Source of the DNA: Ginglymostoma cirratum | Lineage: Eukaryota | Assembly: GCA_024137785.1 (NCBI GenBank) | Contig: JAHRHZ010000030.1 | Location: forward strand, 5,372,220 to 5,436,219 | Length of the DNA: 64,000 nucleotides | Direction: 5' to 3' | Shown here: positions 13,651 through 26,399 of the stretch, in pieces | How the letters are laid out: each line of letters begins with the position of its first letter | Position numbering within the stretch: the first letter of the stretch is position 1 | Position numbers and translations under genes: made by a program | Notes under the pieces: model-generated | What the model was told of the DNA's origin: nothing | Databases searched by the model: none | Seen by the model: the letters and a program-made list of their open reading frames with translations, nothing else

Positions 13651-14769
13651 ATTTTTAAAAAAAAAGTATTTTTAAACTCACTTCTTTCTCCTCCAAACTG
13701 AATATTAAATTTAGTGATATTGTGGCTGCTGCTACCTAGAGGACCTTCTCTATGAAATCATTAATTAATCCTGTTTGCATTAACAAAAGATTGAGAACTG
13801 GAAGACACTGATTTAACGTAGGTGGCCAAAGAACAATGTGACATAAGAAGAGATTTTTTTTAATGCAATGTCTGGTTAGAAACAGGAACACAATTTCTAT
13901 GAATGTCTGGGAGGGGGAATTCAGATAGGATTTTAAGGGAAATATATACAAAAACACTTGAAAAGAACTTTGCAGGCTACAGAGGGATCAGCACGACCAA
14001 CTTAGTTGCTCTTTTGAAAAGTTAGCATGTACACAACAAGGCAAATGGCCTCTATCCATGCTGAACACATTGTTGCTTTTAAAGAGTAGATGAAAAAAAG
14101 CTAGACTATTGTTTTGGACAGAAATTAAGGCATGTTGCATTTCAAGGCATTAATACAGTATGTTCCCTCAAAAAATTAACATTGCAGTTTCATGTTTGGA
14201 ACAGTTTATTAACAACATGATGCTGCTCATATAGCTGTGGTGTGAAGAAGATTGCTCGATTTCTCTGTTTGTTTGGTACTGTGTGTTTGCTGCGAGTTCA
14301 GTACAAGTCAGGGAATATTTCACAATAAACAGCCATTTACAGAGTAAGTCCATTATGGAAAATACATTTCAAGGAATGGGGTAGCATTTTGGAAGAATTC
14401 CATACTTCTGTTCTTTCACTGAAATTAAACTGATTTTTAAATAGAAATCCAAGGTCCCCCTAAGATGTAATAGTACACGTGTCAATCCACAAAAAGGCAC
14501 AGGAGACTATAGTCAGTCAGGCTCGTTGTGCTTCAAAATGCAACAAATGACAGGCTCTAATAGCTGAGGTGCACAGGGGGAAAAAAAAAAAAACACAGAT
14601 GCAATGACTTTCATCCTTTTTAATAGTCTCTCCTAAATACAAGATGAGCAGTAACTTCCGAATTTATTAGTGGCACAGTCTTAAAGAAAATAAATTGTAC
14701 TAGTTCATATTGGCATTGGTCTGATTATTGAGAATGAAAATGAGTGACTAGGCTTTATTGCAGTTGAAC

Positions 14770-16060
14770 ATGCATTATCTCACTTTTAAAAGCTTCCCTC
14801 TTGCCAGAAATCCCTTTACTTGCACACAGCCGCCCCTAAAAATCAACTTTTGAAACTTCCTGTCTAATACCGTCAAAATTAGCCTTGCACCAACTTGCGG
14901 ACTAGGCCTATCCATTTCCATAATAGTTTTAAAACTAATAGAATTATGGTCACTAGTCCGAAAGCCGCACCCCACTAGCACCTCAGTCATTGAGTTGTAT
15001 AGCACTGAAACAAACTCTTTAGTCCAACTTGTCCAGGCTGACCAGATTACCTACCTAAATCTGGTCCCATTTGCCAGCATTTCACCCATATCCCTCAACT
15101 CTTCCTATTCATATACCCATCCAGATGCCTTTTAATTGTACCGGTCTCCACCACTTCCTTACTCATTCATTCCATACACACACCACACTCTGCATGAAAA
15201 GGTTGCCACTTGGGTGTTTTAAAATCTTTCCTCTCTCACTTCAAACCTATACCTTCTAGTTTTGGACTCTCCCGTTCTGGGGAAGAGATCTTGCCCATTC
15301 ACCCTATCCATGCCCTCATGATTTTTTAGATATATCTATCTATATCTCTATACGACCACTCTTCAGCCTCCGAAGCTCCAGGGAAAATAGCTCCAGCCTA
15401 TTCAGCCTCTCCCTATTGTCAAGCCCGCCAACATCCTTGTAAATCTTTTCTGAACCCTTTCAAGTTTCACAACATCCTTCCTGTGGCAGGAAGGCCAGAA
15501 TTGCATGCATTATTCCAATAGTGGTCGAACTAACGTCCTGTACAGCTGCAACATGATCTCCCAACTCCTATTCTCACTCAATGCACTGACCAATAAAAGG
15601 CAAGCATACAAAACACCTTCACTATTCTGTCTGTGTGACTCTACTTTCAAGAAACTATGAACGTGCATTCCTTGGTTTCTTTGTTCAGCGACGCTCCCCA
15701 GGACCTTACCATTAGATGCATACGTCCTGCCCTGATTTGCTTTTCCAAAATGTTGCACCTTGCATTTGAAATTCAACTCCATCTGCCACTCCTCAGCCCA
15801 CGTGATCAAGGTCCCATTGTACTCTGCAGCAACCTTCTTCACTATCCACTACACGTCCAATTCACTTGCCCTGCCTTATTTCCCTAAAGGATGGGGAGTT
15901 TTGCCCCCTTCTCTAGAAGGGCCATCCACATTTGAGAAAGTTGTCCTGAACACAATTTCCTCCCCATCCAAGCCCTTAACACAATGGCAATCCCAGTCTA
16001 CATTTGGAAAGTTAAAATCCCCTAATGTTAGGACCCTCTTATTCTTACAGCTCTATGATC
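14770..16060 (-). mobile_element. Nested CR1 LINE fragments (endonuclease region split by an RT/3' fragment)
   Basis: ORFs 14775..15005 (SDHNSISF) and 15510..15842 (WAEEWQMELN, LYRTLVRPLLE). Confidence 0.8.
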
Positions 16061-16639
16061 TCATGTTTACACTTCATTAATTCATACAGGATATGCACTG
16101 AAATAATCGTAGGCTTTTGAAACAAGACATTATACCTTAACTAATAAAACTAGTTATATATCTTACTGTTGCTTATGGCAGTTGGGAATGCAAATGGCTG
16201 CCATATCATGATTATTATACCTGTGGCTACATTTAACATTCATTGGCTGTGAAGCATACTGGACATCCCAAGCCAATAAAAGACCCCAAATTTAGGCCTC
16301 AGAACATTTTAGAATTCAACACAATAGGAGGTAGCAATTAAATTCAGGACAGTTTCTCATACTCAATTATGAAACCTCAAACCTGAAAAGACTTTGTTTT
16401 TTGAAAAAACAGGCCTTCATTAGAAGTTCAGAAGAATGCCAACCAAAAACCCACCACACCAAGATCTGACAGCAATATAGAGGTATACTCAAGCAATATA
16501 AAATCAATACTTAGGAGTAAAATCAGTAACTGGAACAGGGAGACGAGAAACCCACCTGGGCATCCAATTATAGCCCAATGTGTTCCATCCGAGAGAAGCA
16601 TTAAAAATGTTCTACAAACGATACCTTGAAACCAAAGCA

Positions 16640-17784
16640 CTTCAATTAATACAAAAAAACTTTTATTGACATTTTTTTAATTAAAAAGGAATATAAAAAG
16701 TCAGAGTTAAATGTAGCTTAGGCAATTTTCTTGAAATGGAAATAAACCTAATTTATACAAAGTGAAAAAATAGATATCCCTTTCAGCAAGAGGCTACGCA
16801 CTAACATGACAAATCAACAATATATATTTTTAAAGTCTGAAACATTGTGCAAAGAACCTGATCTGTACAGAAACAGATGGAATCTAATAATTGCTGCTAC
16901 ATTAAGGCAACCCTATGAATAATACATTTTGGAAATTCCTTAATAAAGTGACACTGTAGATTATTCCTAACACACACGCGCACACACACGCACGCAAAGT
17001 CTTTGCATCTGAAAGATATACTGACCATGCACTTCAGGGTGGAGAATTTCAGTAACAAACCCAGTTTTTAAAACAACTCCTTGTAGTCATACTTCAGCAT
17101 TTTTGTCATGTCTTTTTGGTGGGTGTAGGAGTAGGCAGGGAGAAGTTGTACAGAACAACTGGATTTGCATATTGCAGAATTAAAAAGTATTTCTGCTGTA
17201 GACAATGTTCAGAATTTAAAAACAGGTTTAACATACAATATTTTCCACCCTGCAATATGTTTAAGGACAAATAAAGCTATTACACGCTGCAAATAATTCT
17301 GCACCATTGCACCAATGTTGTTAATTTTGGTGTCATTTACATGTGAAATTACAAAAAGGTTTAAAAATAAACTTATTTTTAAAAAGCATGTCAAAACATA
17401 AAAGTTCCAACACTACGGATGAATAATCCAAGAAACAAAATAAGATTCAGCTAAAGAAAATTGCTGAGGCAGTGTCATTACTTCTCCATTACAAGCTTCT
17501 GGAAGAAAATTCTACAGTACAAAGTTTTCTTGTCAACTGATAGTTTAGCAGTTGGCTTTAAAGCTGCCCAACCTTACAATACCATATGTGGCAGAGGTTT
17601 GTTCGAGAATCTTCAGTGTTTTGGAACAGTCCTGCCAAAACCTTTTATAATCCACAGAACAGAAAAAGGGAGCCAGAACAAGCTGCTGCATTTGTGTGAC
17701 CAAACATAGGCGTGCTTTCTAGTTTCTTCTGTAGTGTACATGACTGAAAAATCATACAGTCAGACCTGCTGACCCATAAAATGT
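16640..17784 (-). other. MYLIP: MYLIP 3'UTR (approximate) ending at the poly(A) signal
   Basis: AU-rich stretch without recognisable transposon sequence after the stop. AATAAA at 16667-16662 is followed by a GU/U-rich tract. Confidence 0.65.
16662..16667 (-). terminator. Polyadenylation signal AATAAA
   Basis: Plus strand tttatt; the minus-strand downstream context is gtgctttggtttc. Confidence 0.6.
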
Positions 17785-17874
17785 TCAAATTACAGTGAGG
17801 TTGAGAAGACTGGCACACGTGGGCAAGAATACTTGCTGAATGTGATCAATGTCAGATCGACAAACTGGACAGGC
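17785..17874 (-). CDS. MYLIP: MYLIP exon 7, RING C-half and stop (ACPVCRSDIDHIQQVFLPTCASLLNLTVI*)
   Basis: T-rich tract + cctag| acceptor. CPVCR motif and LLNLTVI C-terminus, TGA at 17787-17785. The exons sum to 1335 nt = 444 aa + stop. Confidence 0.96.
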   Translation of the reverse strand, partial: ACPVCRSDIDHIQQVFLPTCASLLNLTVI

Positions 17875-18089
17875 CTAGGTTTAAAAAAAAAGTTAGAAGT
17901 TAAACAGTGTAATTATTCAATTACTTAAAAACCAATTTTTTTTTAAAGAAACACCTTTGACCATTTTCATTTCAGAGGTAAATTACGCAAGTCCTAAGTT
18001 ATGTACAAAACTGAAGAGTAAACTGCCCTATGGAAAGTCGGTTCAGAAATCAGCAAGTTATTGAAACGGTAAAAATAACAAAATCTTAC

Positions 18090-18507
18090 CTGTAGCTGAT
18101 TAGCACAAGAACCACAGCAAACCATGTGTCCACAGGGGCAGAAGGCAGTATTAATCTCCTCACCACAGCAGACCATGCACAATAATGCTTCTTTCAGTTT
18201 TCGAATCTTTTCTTGAAGCACCTGACTTTGCTGGCAGCTCTCCCCTTCACAACTATTACAGTTCAATTCATGCTCTGAAGATTTAAGTGGAGAGTTCTGG
18301 CCATCTCGATTGTGTGGAACAAAGTCTACAATGCCAGCATGATACAAAGCTCTTCGTGTATGGTCATACACCTCCTTGGATGTGCGTTTGATGTCAAAAA
18401 CGTATTTCTTACCCAGGTTGATATTTTCATTGAGAAACAAAGAAGCAAGATGGCCCTTGAAGTCTCTGCTGTATTGCATCATGACAGCATTGGTCACAGT
18501 ATCACAC
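18090..18507 (-). CDS. MYLIP: MYLIP exon 6, F3c, linker and RING N-half ([15 protein letters not shown]...[30 protein letters not shown])
   Basis: Acceptor ctcttcag| and donor AG|GTAAGA. 418 nt with the C3HC4 RING signature; overlaps ORF 17994..18497. Confidence 0.97.
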
Positions 18508-18724
18508 CTGAAGAGGATATTAATTCAGTTAAGCTCCAAATGATGATGATAATAATGATAATGATGATAATAATAAGTTTAAAAATGTGATGTTCTAGAA
18601 AAAAAGTACATCATATTGCTGAGACTGTTCCAAATAACTGTTTTAAAGTCACAGAAGGCTTTTGGTTTTTAAAAGCTAAAACTACATTAGTCTATTGGAA
18701 GCCCTGCTTCAAAAATTTTTTTAA

Positions 18725-18945
18725 ATGGGATGTAGAGCATTGCTGACATAGCCAACATTTATGGCTCGTCCCCAATTGCCCTGAGGTGGTGGTGGTAGTA
18801 GTGAGCCACCTTTGAACTGTTGCAATATTTCCATAGTGGTTTATTATAGCCAAGTGGCTTACTAACTCATTTCAGAGGGCAATAAGAATCAGATATTACA
18901 AAATGCCTGCAAGTCACATGTACGTAAGAAAACCTTCCTCCCCAG
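18725..18945 (-). mobile_element. Deu-domain SINE fragment in MYLIP intron 5
   Basis: Reverse complement reads ...tcttattgccctctgaaatgagttagtaagccacttgg...ggcaattggggacg..., resembling the Deu core and tail. Confidence 0.55.
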
Positions 18946-19221
18946 TGTCCCCATCAAAAAACAAACAAAAAGGACCAAATATAACAGCCAATACAAAACC
19001 AGAGAAGTTGTTTAAAAGACTATTGCTCTTCAAATGTGAAGATATTACACAAGATGTGTACACTTCTTACACGGGACTCAATATTTCAGCTTCACGAAAA
19101 GCATCAACTCTCTCAAAAGAGTAAGAAATAGAACTACAGGAAGACTTGGAATGACTACAACACTCCTTGTAGTTAACAAAGGTCCACAGGAATGAAAACC
19201 AGAAGTGCAGTAATAGCATAC

Positions 19222-19386
19222 CTGTAAAATGCATGGGTTTCAGTTATCGCACGATAAAGGGCACTTGCTGCTCTAGTGCTGATCAGCTTCAATATTAGGA
19301 CTATACTGCTGCCAGACTCCCTTGTGATTGTAAGGTAAACATTTTTTGCAGATTGAGTAGCCATCTGGATAATAGGGTATGAAATC
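19222..19386 (-). CDS. MYLIP: MYLIP exon 5, FERM F3 ([18 protein letters not shown]...[14 protein letters not shown])
   Basis: Acceptor gtcctacag| and donor AG|GTATGC. 165 nt. Confidence 0.96.
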
Positions 19387-19694
19387 CTGTAGGACAAAAA
19401 TCAGAACATTCAAGAAGTTCATTGAAATCAAAAGGCAATTTCAGTTACACATCAACATCTTCCTAATTAAACATATTTCTTTTAAAAAAAAAAAACAAAC
19501 CACTCAGTTGACAGTCAGCAGCAGAGGAAAGGGAAATGAGACTGGACTATGGCAGCTGCGCTCTTCAGAAAAATGCTCTTAGTTTAACCATTATGATAAC
19601 TGTCCAGTAGTCAACTTTACAAAAGGATTACATGATCTAAAAACATACGCAAAAATAAAAAAATCCTTAGAGTTAAACTAAAAAGTTAACTAGC

Positions 19695-19892
19695 CTGTTA
19701 ATTAGGTTCAAGTTTTCTTTGCAGACAGATATGCCATCAGGACCCACTCCAATCATCAACTTCTGTCCATCACCATCCTTTACCGAATGCCATTCCACAC
19801 CATAGTGTTCCAGCATGCATGCAATCTGGAGAAGCCGGTACTCAGCTCTGCATGGACTCATTCCTTCCAATTCCTTGTGTTTCACAACAATA
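19695..19892 (-). CDS. MYLIP: MYLIP exon 4, FERM F2/F3 ([12 protein letters not shown]...LEHYGVEWH...IGVGPDGI...NLINR)
   Basis: Acceptor ttcaatag|, 198 nt. An in-frame join to exon 5 requires a GC donor (AG|GCTAGT) at 19694. Confidence 0.92.
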
Positions 19893-20014
19893 CTATTGAA
19901 ACAAGAGCAATACTTGTATTACTTAAAAGGGTAATGAGGAAGGACAATGAGAAGTCACTGCTCCCTGTTACAAAGCATGCTACGAGAAAGACAAAAAACA
20001 AACACTTAATTTGG

Positions 20015-21141
20015 GGATGGCCTCATTCTTCAAGGACCGCAACTTCTCCCCCCAGTAGTCGAGAACACCCTCGACTGTGTCTCTTGCAACTCATCCCTCA
20101 CACCCCGTCCCCGCAATAATAACCAAAAAAGAATCCCCCTCGTCCTCACGTACCACCCCACCAACCTCCGGATCCAACGCATCAGCCTCCGACACTTCTG
20201 CCATCTGCAATCAGACCCCACCACCAAAGACATTTTTCCCTCCCCACCCTTGTCTGCTTTCCGGAGGGACCACTCCCTCCGCGACTCCTTGTCCGATCCA
20301 CACTCCCCTCCAGCCCCACCACACCCGGCACTTTTCCCTGCAACCGCAGGAAGTGCTACACCTGCCCCCACACCTCCTCCCTCACCCCAATCCTAGGCCC
20401 CAAGAAGATTTTCCACATCAGGCAGATGTTCACCTGCACATCTGCCAATGTGGTATACTGCATCCGCTGTACCCGTTGTGGCTTCCTCTACATCGGGGAA
20501 ACCAAGTGGAGGCTTAGGGACCGCTTTGCAGAAACACCTGCGCTCAGCTCGCAACAAACAACTGCACCTCCCAGTCGCGAACCATTTCAACTCCCCCTCC
20601 CATTCCTCAGACGACATGTCCATCCTGGGCCTCCTGCAATGCCACACGATGCCACCCGAAGGCTGCAGGAACAGCAAATCATATTCAGCCTGGGAACCCT
20701 GCAGCCCAATGGTATCAATGTGGATTTCACAAGCTTCAAAATCTCCCCTCCCCCAACCGCATCCCAAAACCAGCCCAGCTCATCTCCGCTTCCCTAACCT
20801 GTCCTTCCTCTCACCTATCCCCTCCTCCCACCTCAAGCCCCACCCCCATCTCCTATCATCCCGCCCCCTTGACCTGTCTGTCCTCCCTGGACTGACCTAT
20901 CTCCTCCCTACACCCCCACCTACACTCACCTTTACTGGCTCCATCCCCGCCTCTTCGACTTGTCTGCCTCCTCTCCACCTATCCATCCTCTATCCGCCTC
21001 CCCCACTCTCCCTATTTATTTCAGAATCCTCTTCCCCTCCCCCATTTCTGATGAAGGGTCTCGGCCCGAAACGTCAAGCTTTCCTGCTCCTATGATGCTG
21101 CTCGGCCTGCTGTGTTCATCCAGCCCCACACCTTGTTATCT
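20015..21141 (+). mobile_element. 5'-truncated PLE (GIY-YIG + 3' repeat with intact hammerhead) in MYLIP intron 3, antisense to the gene
   Basis: ORF 20426.. reads FTCTSANVVYCIRCTRCGFLYIGETKWRLRDRFAE. 12-bp TSD cacttaatttgg at 20003-20014 and 21142-21153. Confidence 0.93.
21045..21078 (+). ncRNA. Minimal type I hammerhead ribozyme motif
   Basis: ttt-CTGATGA-a-ggg(tctcgg)ccc-GAAA-C-GTC-aag. Complete catalytic core, predicted cleavage after 21075. Confidence 0.8.
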
Positions 21142-21395
21142 CACTTAATTTGGTCTACCCATTCCTTCCCAAAATAAAACACTTTGCATGCAGGTAAGCT
21201 TACTTTAGTGGCACTTTCTTTTAAAATAAAGGCAATGATTTTAAGAGAAAGGAAAATACAGAAGCATAGTAAACTTAAGTTACAAGCTTAGATTGGCAGA
21301 AGGATTTGTCAAAACTCTTGGAAAAGGTCAGGCTTATTCAAACTTGCTAGAACAAACAAGAGGAGGCTGACCACAACTTTATCCAGCTGACTCAC

Positions 21396-21581
21396 CTGTT
21401 CAAAGTGGTAGTGTTTAATTCATTCGCACAGAGGTCTTCATAACAATACTTGGCAGTGTTTTGATTGTAGTCTCCGAATTCTACTTGTGCTAGAAGTGCA
21501 CTCAAGTCCAGAGCCTGCTCTGGTGAGCAGAGCAGACGTCCGTTTAGGAGGTCATCCCGGACATGCAGAAAAAATTGATGC
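21396..21581 (-). CDS. MYLIP: MYLIP exon 3, FERM F2 ([18 protein letters not shown]...[15 protein letters not shown]...)
   Basis: Acceptor ctccag| and donor AG|GTGAGT. 186 nt, phase 2/2, with the FERM QxEFGDY motif. Confidence 0.95.
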
Positions 21582-23650
21582 CTGGAGTTTGGGAGAGGAT
21601 AAAAATGACTTGAAGAAAACTCATTCCATAGAGATTTTAGAATGTTTATTCAGTACAAATCCTTACTACAGTTTAGGCACTTGTGGGGAAAACAACGTCC
21701 AGGTGTAGTTTGTTAATCATACATTTTAGTAATGTTTGTTTAGAGACAATAGGAGAACGACCACCCAATTAGTATTACCACCTTGGAATTCAGTTGAACT
21801 TATGTTTTAACCAAGAAGGTTTAAAGCTTTGATTGATTAAAAATAAACTGCTTTAAGCACATTATGTTCAGTAATTCCTACTGAACTTTTAACCAATATG
21901 ATACTTATGCTAATATTTCTATGTAAGATTCAGGAATTAGCCAACACTGGGCAGGACAAGGGGCAACAGATTGGATTTAAATTCACCCACCGTAATTTGA
22001 ATTCCCCAAGTTAAAGTTTGTTTTTCCACACTGTGCAAGTTCAATTTCCCACTTTTAAAGGAAACCACAGTAATGACTTCTTTAGGAGTAAAATCTATGC
22101 AACCAATAGAATAGCTTCCACAAATATAGAAGATCTGTCAAGGTCTGTTCAGATAGATAAGCAAGTTTTGTTGCTCCATAATAAGTTTCAGAAACTGATG
22201 AAGCTGGGCAACTTCAAACCCAAGCAATTTCTAGTGAAATGCATTCTTTTGATGCGTATCCTCTCCATCACCATGAATACAAAAACACTGATTTATGCAC
22301 TACATTAAGCAACAGTATTTAAAGTTTTCACATAACTTCAGTGAAATTTCAGTCAACTATGATATATTCAGAGAGTGGCAGATGGTATTTGGCACACAGT
22401 CAAACTGTTTCTGAGAAATGAAAATTGGGAATTTACCTTGCTAAGCAAGAAACAGAAGATAAACTAGCTCCATTACACACAACTTTGAATTCAAAGTGGA
22501 ACGTCATTCCAATTTCAATAACAGTAGAGGGCAATCTGCACGCAATGCTTTGAAGCACAATAGAGGAACCAGAGGAATGCAAAATAAATGGTACACTGTC
22601 AAATTCTAGAGGGCAAAAACACTGCCACGGAAGGCAGTGTGGGAAGGGCAAGACATGAAACAAAATTAAGTTAAGGGAGAAATGAGTCCATGTGAACTTG
22701 GGGACAAGGGAGCGAAGGGAAACAACAGTTCAGACACCGTCTAAAGAAAACAAAAGGCAAATGCAAGAGCAGACAAATCATTTAGGCTGGCCCCTGGAAA
22801 AGAGTATGGCAATAGCATTAAAACTTGGTACCCAAAGTAATTATCACAAATGCCATAAGAATCCCAAAAGTAACAAATTAAATATTGGAAGATCAACAGT
22901 ACGTGTGAAAGTTGGTTATTATCTCATTTAGTTAAAAGGCATAATAACTCCAGAACACCATATCTGCAAGAGGTTACTCTCGGTCAAATGTTAACAATGT
23001 AAACAAAAGGTTACTAAAGGACAAGCATGCATCAACTGGCAACAGAAAAAGGAAACAGTTTCAATATCACAAAACCACAGACAATCAAACATTAAGTTAC
23101 ATGACTAACCAGAAAATACAAAAAAAAATTCCAGAATCCAGTGAATAACCCAGAGTTCAGCAGGCTAATAATTTCAATATTGAATAAAAAGATTAATTCT
23201 TAGCGATGCCCTGCTTTCTCAAATGTCATTTAACATCAGTACCTCAAACAAATTCTAAATCAGACCACCTGCTATAAGAGCCAATATAAAAGGATGATAC
23301 CTCCTCTACAAAGCAAAATTGCACTTTTTTCCAGCATGGATTCCAGAACAGGCCCACAGTTATTGTCAATTCTTCAACAGCTGCCAAACAGTTGGAAGCC
23401 ACAGCGAATGCACAGTGAACCCTGAGAGTGCTATGCCAGAAAAAGTTATCTACAATTGCTCACTCACATTTTGTGCAAGATGACAGTTTATGTACAGATA
23501 AAAGATAAAGTTCCAGGATTCCTTCAGGGTCAGAATTAAAACCAAACGTTTCAAAATGTTCAGGGCAGTGAATTCAGTTTGCTTTGAGCAACTGATTTGT
23601 AATTTTTTTTCCTTTACACTGAATGGGATACACCCCATGGATCAGGGTTT

Positions 23651-23970
23651 TTAGAATTTAGAATCCCTACAGTGTGAAAACAGGCCCTTCGGCCCAACAA
23701 GTCCACACCGACCCTTGGAGCATCCCACCCAGACCCATCCCCCTATAACCCACACATCCCTGAACACTATGGGCAATTTAGCATGGCCAATCCACCTAGC
23801 CTGCACATCTTTGGACTGTGGGAACGAAACCGAAGCACCCGGAGGAAACCCACGCAAACATGGGGAGAATGTGCAAACTCCACACAGACAGTCACCTGAG
23901 GCTGGAATCGAACCCAGGTCCCTGGCGCTGTGAGGCAGCAGTGCTAACCACTGACCCACAGTGCCACCCC
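23651..23970 (-). mobile_element. HE1-like tRNA-derived SINE in MYLIP intron 2 (well preserved)
   Basis: Head gggtggcactgtgggtcagtggttagcactgctgcctcacagcgccagggacctgGGTTCGATTCC has A/B boxes. CR1-type tail gggccgaagggcctgttttcacactgtagggattcta. Confidence 0.88.
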
Positions 23971-26106
23971 TGTTTTTTTTTTGGCAGACTGCAGTTTAAA
24001 CTTGACATTAAAAACCAGTCGATTTCAGTGATGCCTTTGCACTCCCACCTCTGTCCAATGTTTCGTCAATTATCGGATGAAATTCTAGAATAAGTCAGGC
24101 ACCTGAACAATTCAAAGTTCCTATCAGAAGGTGACAAAATCTAGATGGTCCACTTGCATGACTTCTAGTTCAACATTAGCACATTATGAATTGTCACTGA
24201 TGAAGGGAGCACTGAGCACCTCTTGGTCTAACATCCAAAAAATTTTTTAAAAAAGGACAAAATTCAACAGAAATACAAATATGTACAAAGTTTTCACTTA
24301 AAATACAGTAAAGACAAGTACAACGGAACAGCTGGAAAATGCACTATCAGCCAGACACCTTAGTTGGTAGCTATGACTCAATGGATAGGACTCTTGTCCT
24401 AGACTCAAAACACGCTGGACTCTAAATAATCAATCCAGTATGTGGATGTTAAGAACTTCCACCATTATTACAAAGCTCTTTAATGCCCTGGCTAATACTT
24501 AGTTCACAGCAAAAACAGATCCACCATACAGCTGTTTGTAGGATGATCAAAAGTCATGAAAGACATTACATAAATGTTTGTTGTGCTGGGAGTTGAAGAA
24601 AATAGTGCGACAATGAGACAGTATGTTAAATTGAACTGCCAGAATACAAGATATGATTCGTCCAAAAAAGTTTTGATCTCTGCCTGATTTGGACACAGCT
24701 TAAATGAAGTGAGCTGCTTCCACCATATCTAGTAATTTCTCTGACAACTAGCTAATTCAACAGCAAAAAATTAGAGACTAGATAACATACTTCCCGTTTG
24801 TCGATTTCAGGGAGAAACTGTTTTGGTTTGGCTGGGGAATAAAAATGCCTGCAGGCTTGCAGTAGGCTATATTCAACCATCCTGCAATTTTAGTTCCGAA
24901 ACCAGCGGGAAAAAAAACAAACATCTTGAAGCAAGAGCTACCAATCACAAAGCTACTTATTTTCTCACTGTACTATGGCCCAGTGGCAACACTGTGGGTG
25001 GCTTTACACCAGGAAGTAAATGGTCAGCAGACGTAACAACCAGTCAACTCACTCAAACGAAACGAAAAGTAATTTTTCTTTGTTTCACATTTTGTTAGAC
25101 TTGAAGTTTCTAAATATATTCAAATTCATTGGTGGAAGAGTGAGACCTGACATTTAAACAATTCGGGTTTGGATCAAATAAAATCGTCACAAGACAATAA
25201 AAACACAGCCAAGCAATAAAACCACGGACATTTAATACCAGAAGTTTATGCAAACCCTGGTGGCGGCATTGCTTCTCTCAATACTTAATTGAGAACTAAT
25301 TACAACAGACAGCATTTAATGGAGCTTGCACTGGGGAATAGTAGGGCAGAGTAGGACCACAGTTGTGCCAAAACCAGCAATGACAGAATTGTCCTCCCAC
25401 ATGCCCAAAGCTAAACAACAAGAAAAGTTTGCATTTTTCTGCATTAGGTTAAAAATAATGCCCTGTCAATTCAGTCAAACCAAAGTCTTTGTAGATCAAT
25501 AGTTATTCATACAAGCTTTAAGAAATAAACCATTCTGTCTGGTTTCAATTCTTGTACTAACACTACACAAACTGCACTTTTGGAAAACTATTTCAAGCTT
25601 TCACTCGTTTACCACTATTCTTCAAACAAAGGAATTAAAAAGATAAATAAAAAGTAATTTGAAATCATGCAGGACAACCCATTCTCGAAGAATCCATTTC
25701 AAAACATTTTTCGTGAACTATGGTGGATGTTCGAATCTGACATTTACCTCAATTAGTTAAAACAGAATCAAAATTGCCGATACCACACCGACACGCATTT
25801 CAGCTCAGCTAAACCCGAGATTTAAACAAGTTCAATGAAATAAGCCCGGAGCGCTAGGACCCAGTAGTGTCTGATTACAGTTAGAACGCTAGTTTCTGCT
25901 ACAATGACCCATAATAACACCAACAGCGAGGTTACTATCGGTCATCTGGAAGTACAAGAACAAACTAGCAAGGAATCATTAAGTTTGTTCAAGTCGATAC
26001 AACGAGACTTAAAAAAACCACATGCGAAACGCAAAGTAAAAAGATTAAATATCAGACTTTCATTTAAGCCAAGAAACAAAAAGCTCCAATTTATTAAGAA
26101 ACACAC

Positions 26107-26297
26107 CTAGTTTGCTCCTGAAGTAAAAGATGAGGTTCCACAAAAAATTTAACTCGGAGTTTGAATCTATAAGGAGGCATCCCTTCGATCTGTTGAGAGA
26201 TTCTGTTCCTCAGGTTCAGCCACAGAGTCTCCCCCTTGTTCGCAGAGTACTGCAGACCCAAATAGTCATCCTCTATAATGCCGAGCCTGTGGCAGAC
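26107..26297 (-). CDS. MYLIP: MYLIP exon 2, FERM F1 ([17 protein letters not shown]...[17 protein letters not shown])
   Basis: Acceptor ttctcttgcccag| and donor AG|GTGTGT. 191 nt, open frame with FERM motifs WLNLRNRI and RVKFF. Confidence 0.96.
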
Positions 26298-26399
26298 CTG
26301 GGCAAGAGAAAGGAGAGACCCCCCTTACACTATTTGAAAAAAGAATGATTGAACTACCGTCTCATCTTCCAAAATACACAGACTAATCCTCCCCACCTC

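Noticed and set aside
23880-23970. tRNA gene-like sequence with A and B boxes
   Set aside because: It is the head of a ~320-bp SINE present four times in the window and continues into a SINE body and CR1-type tail.
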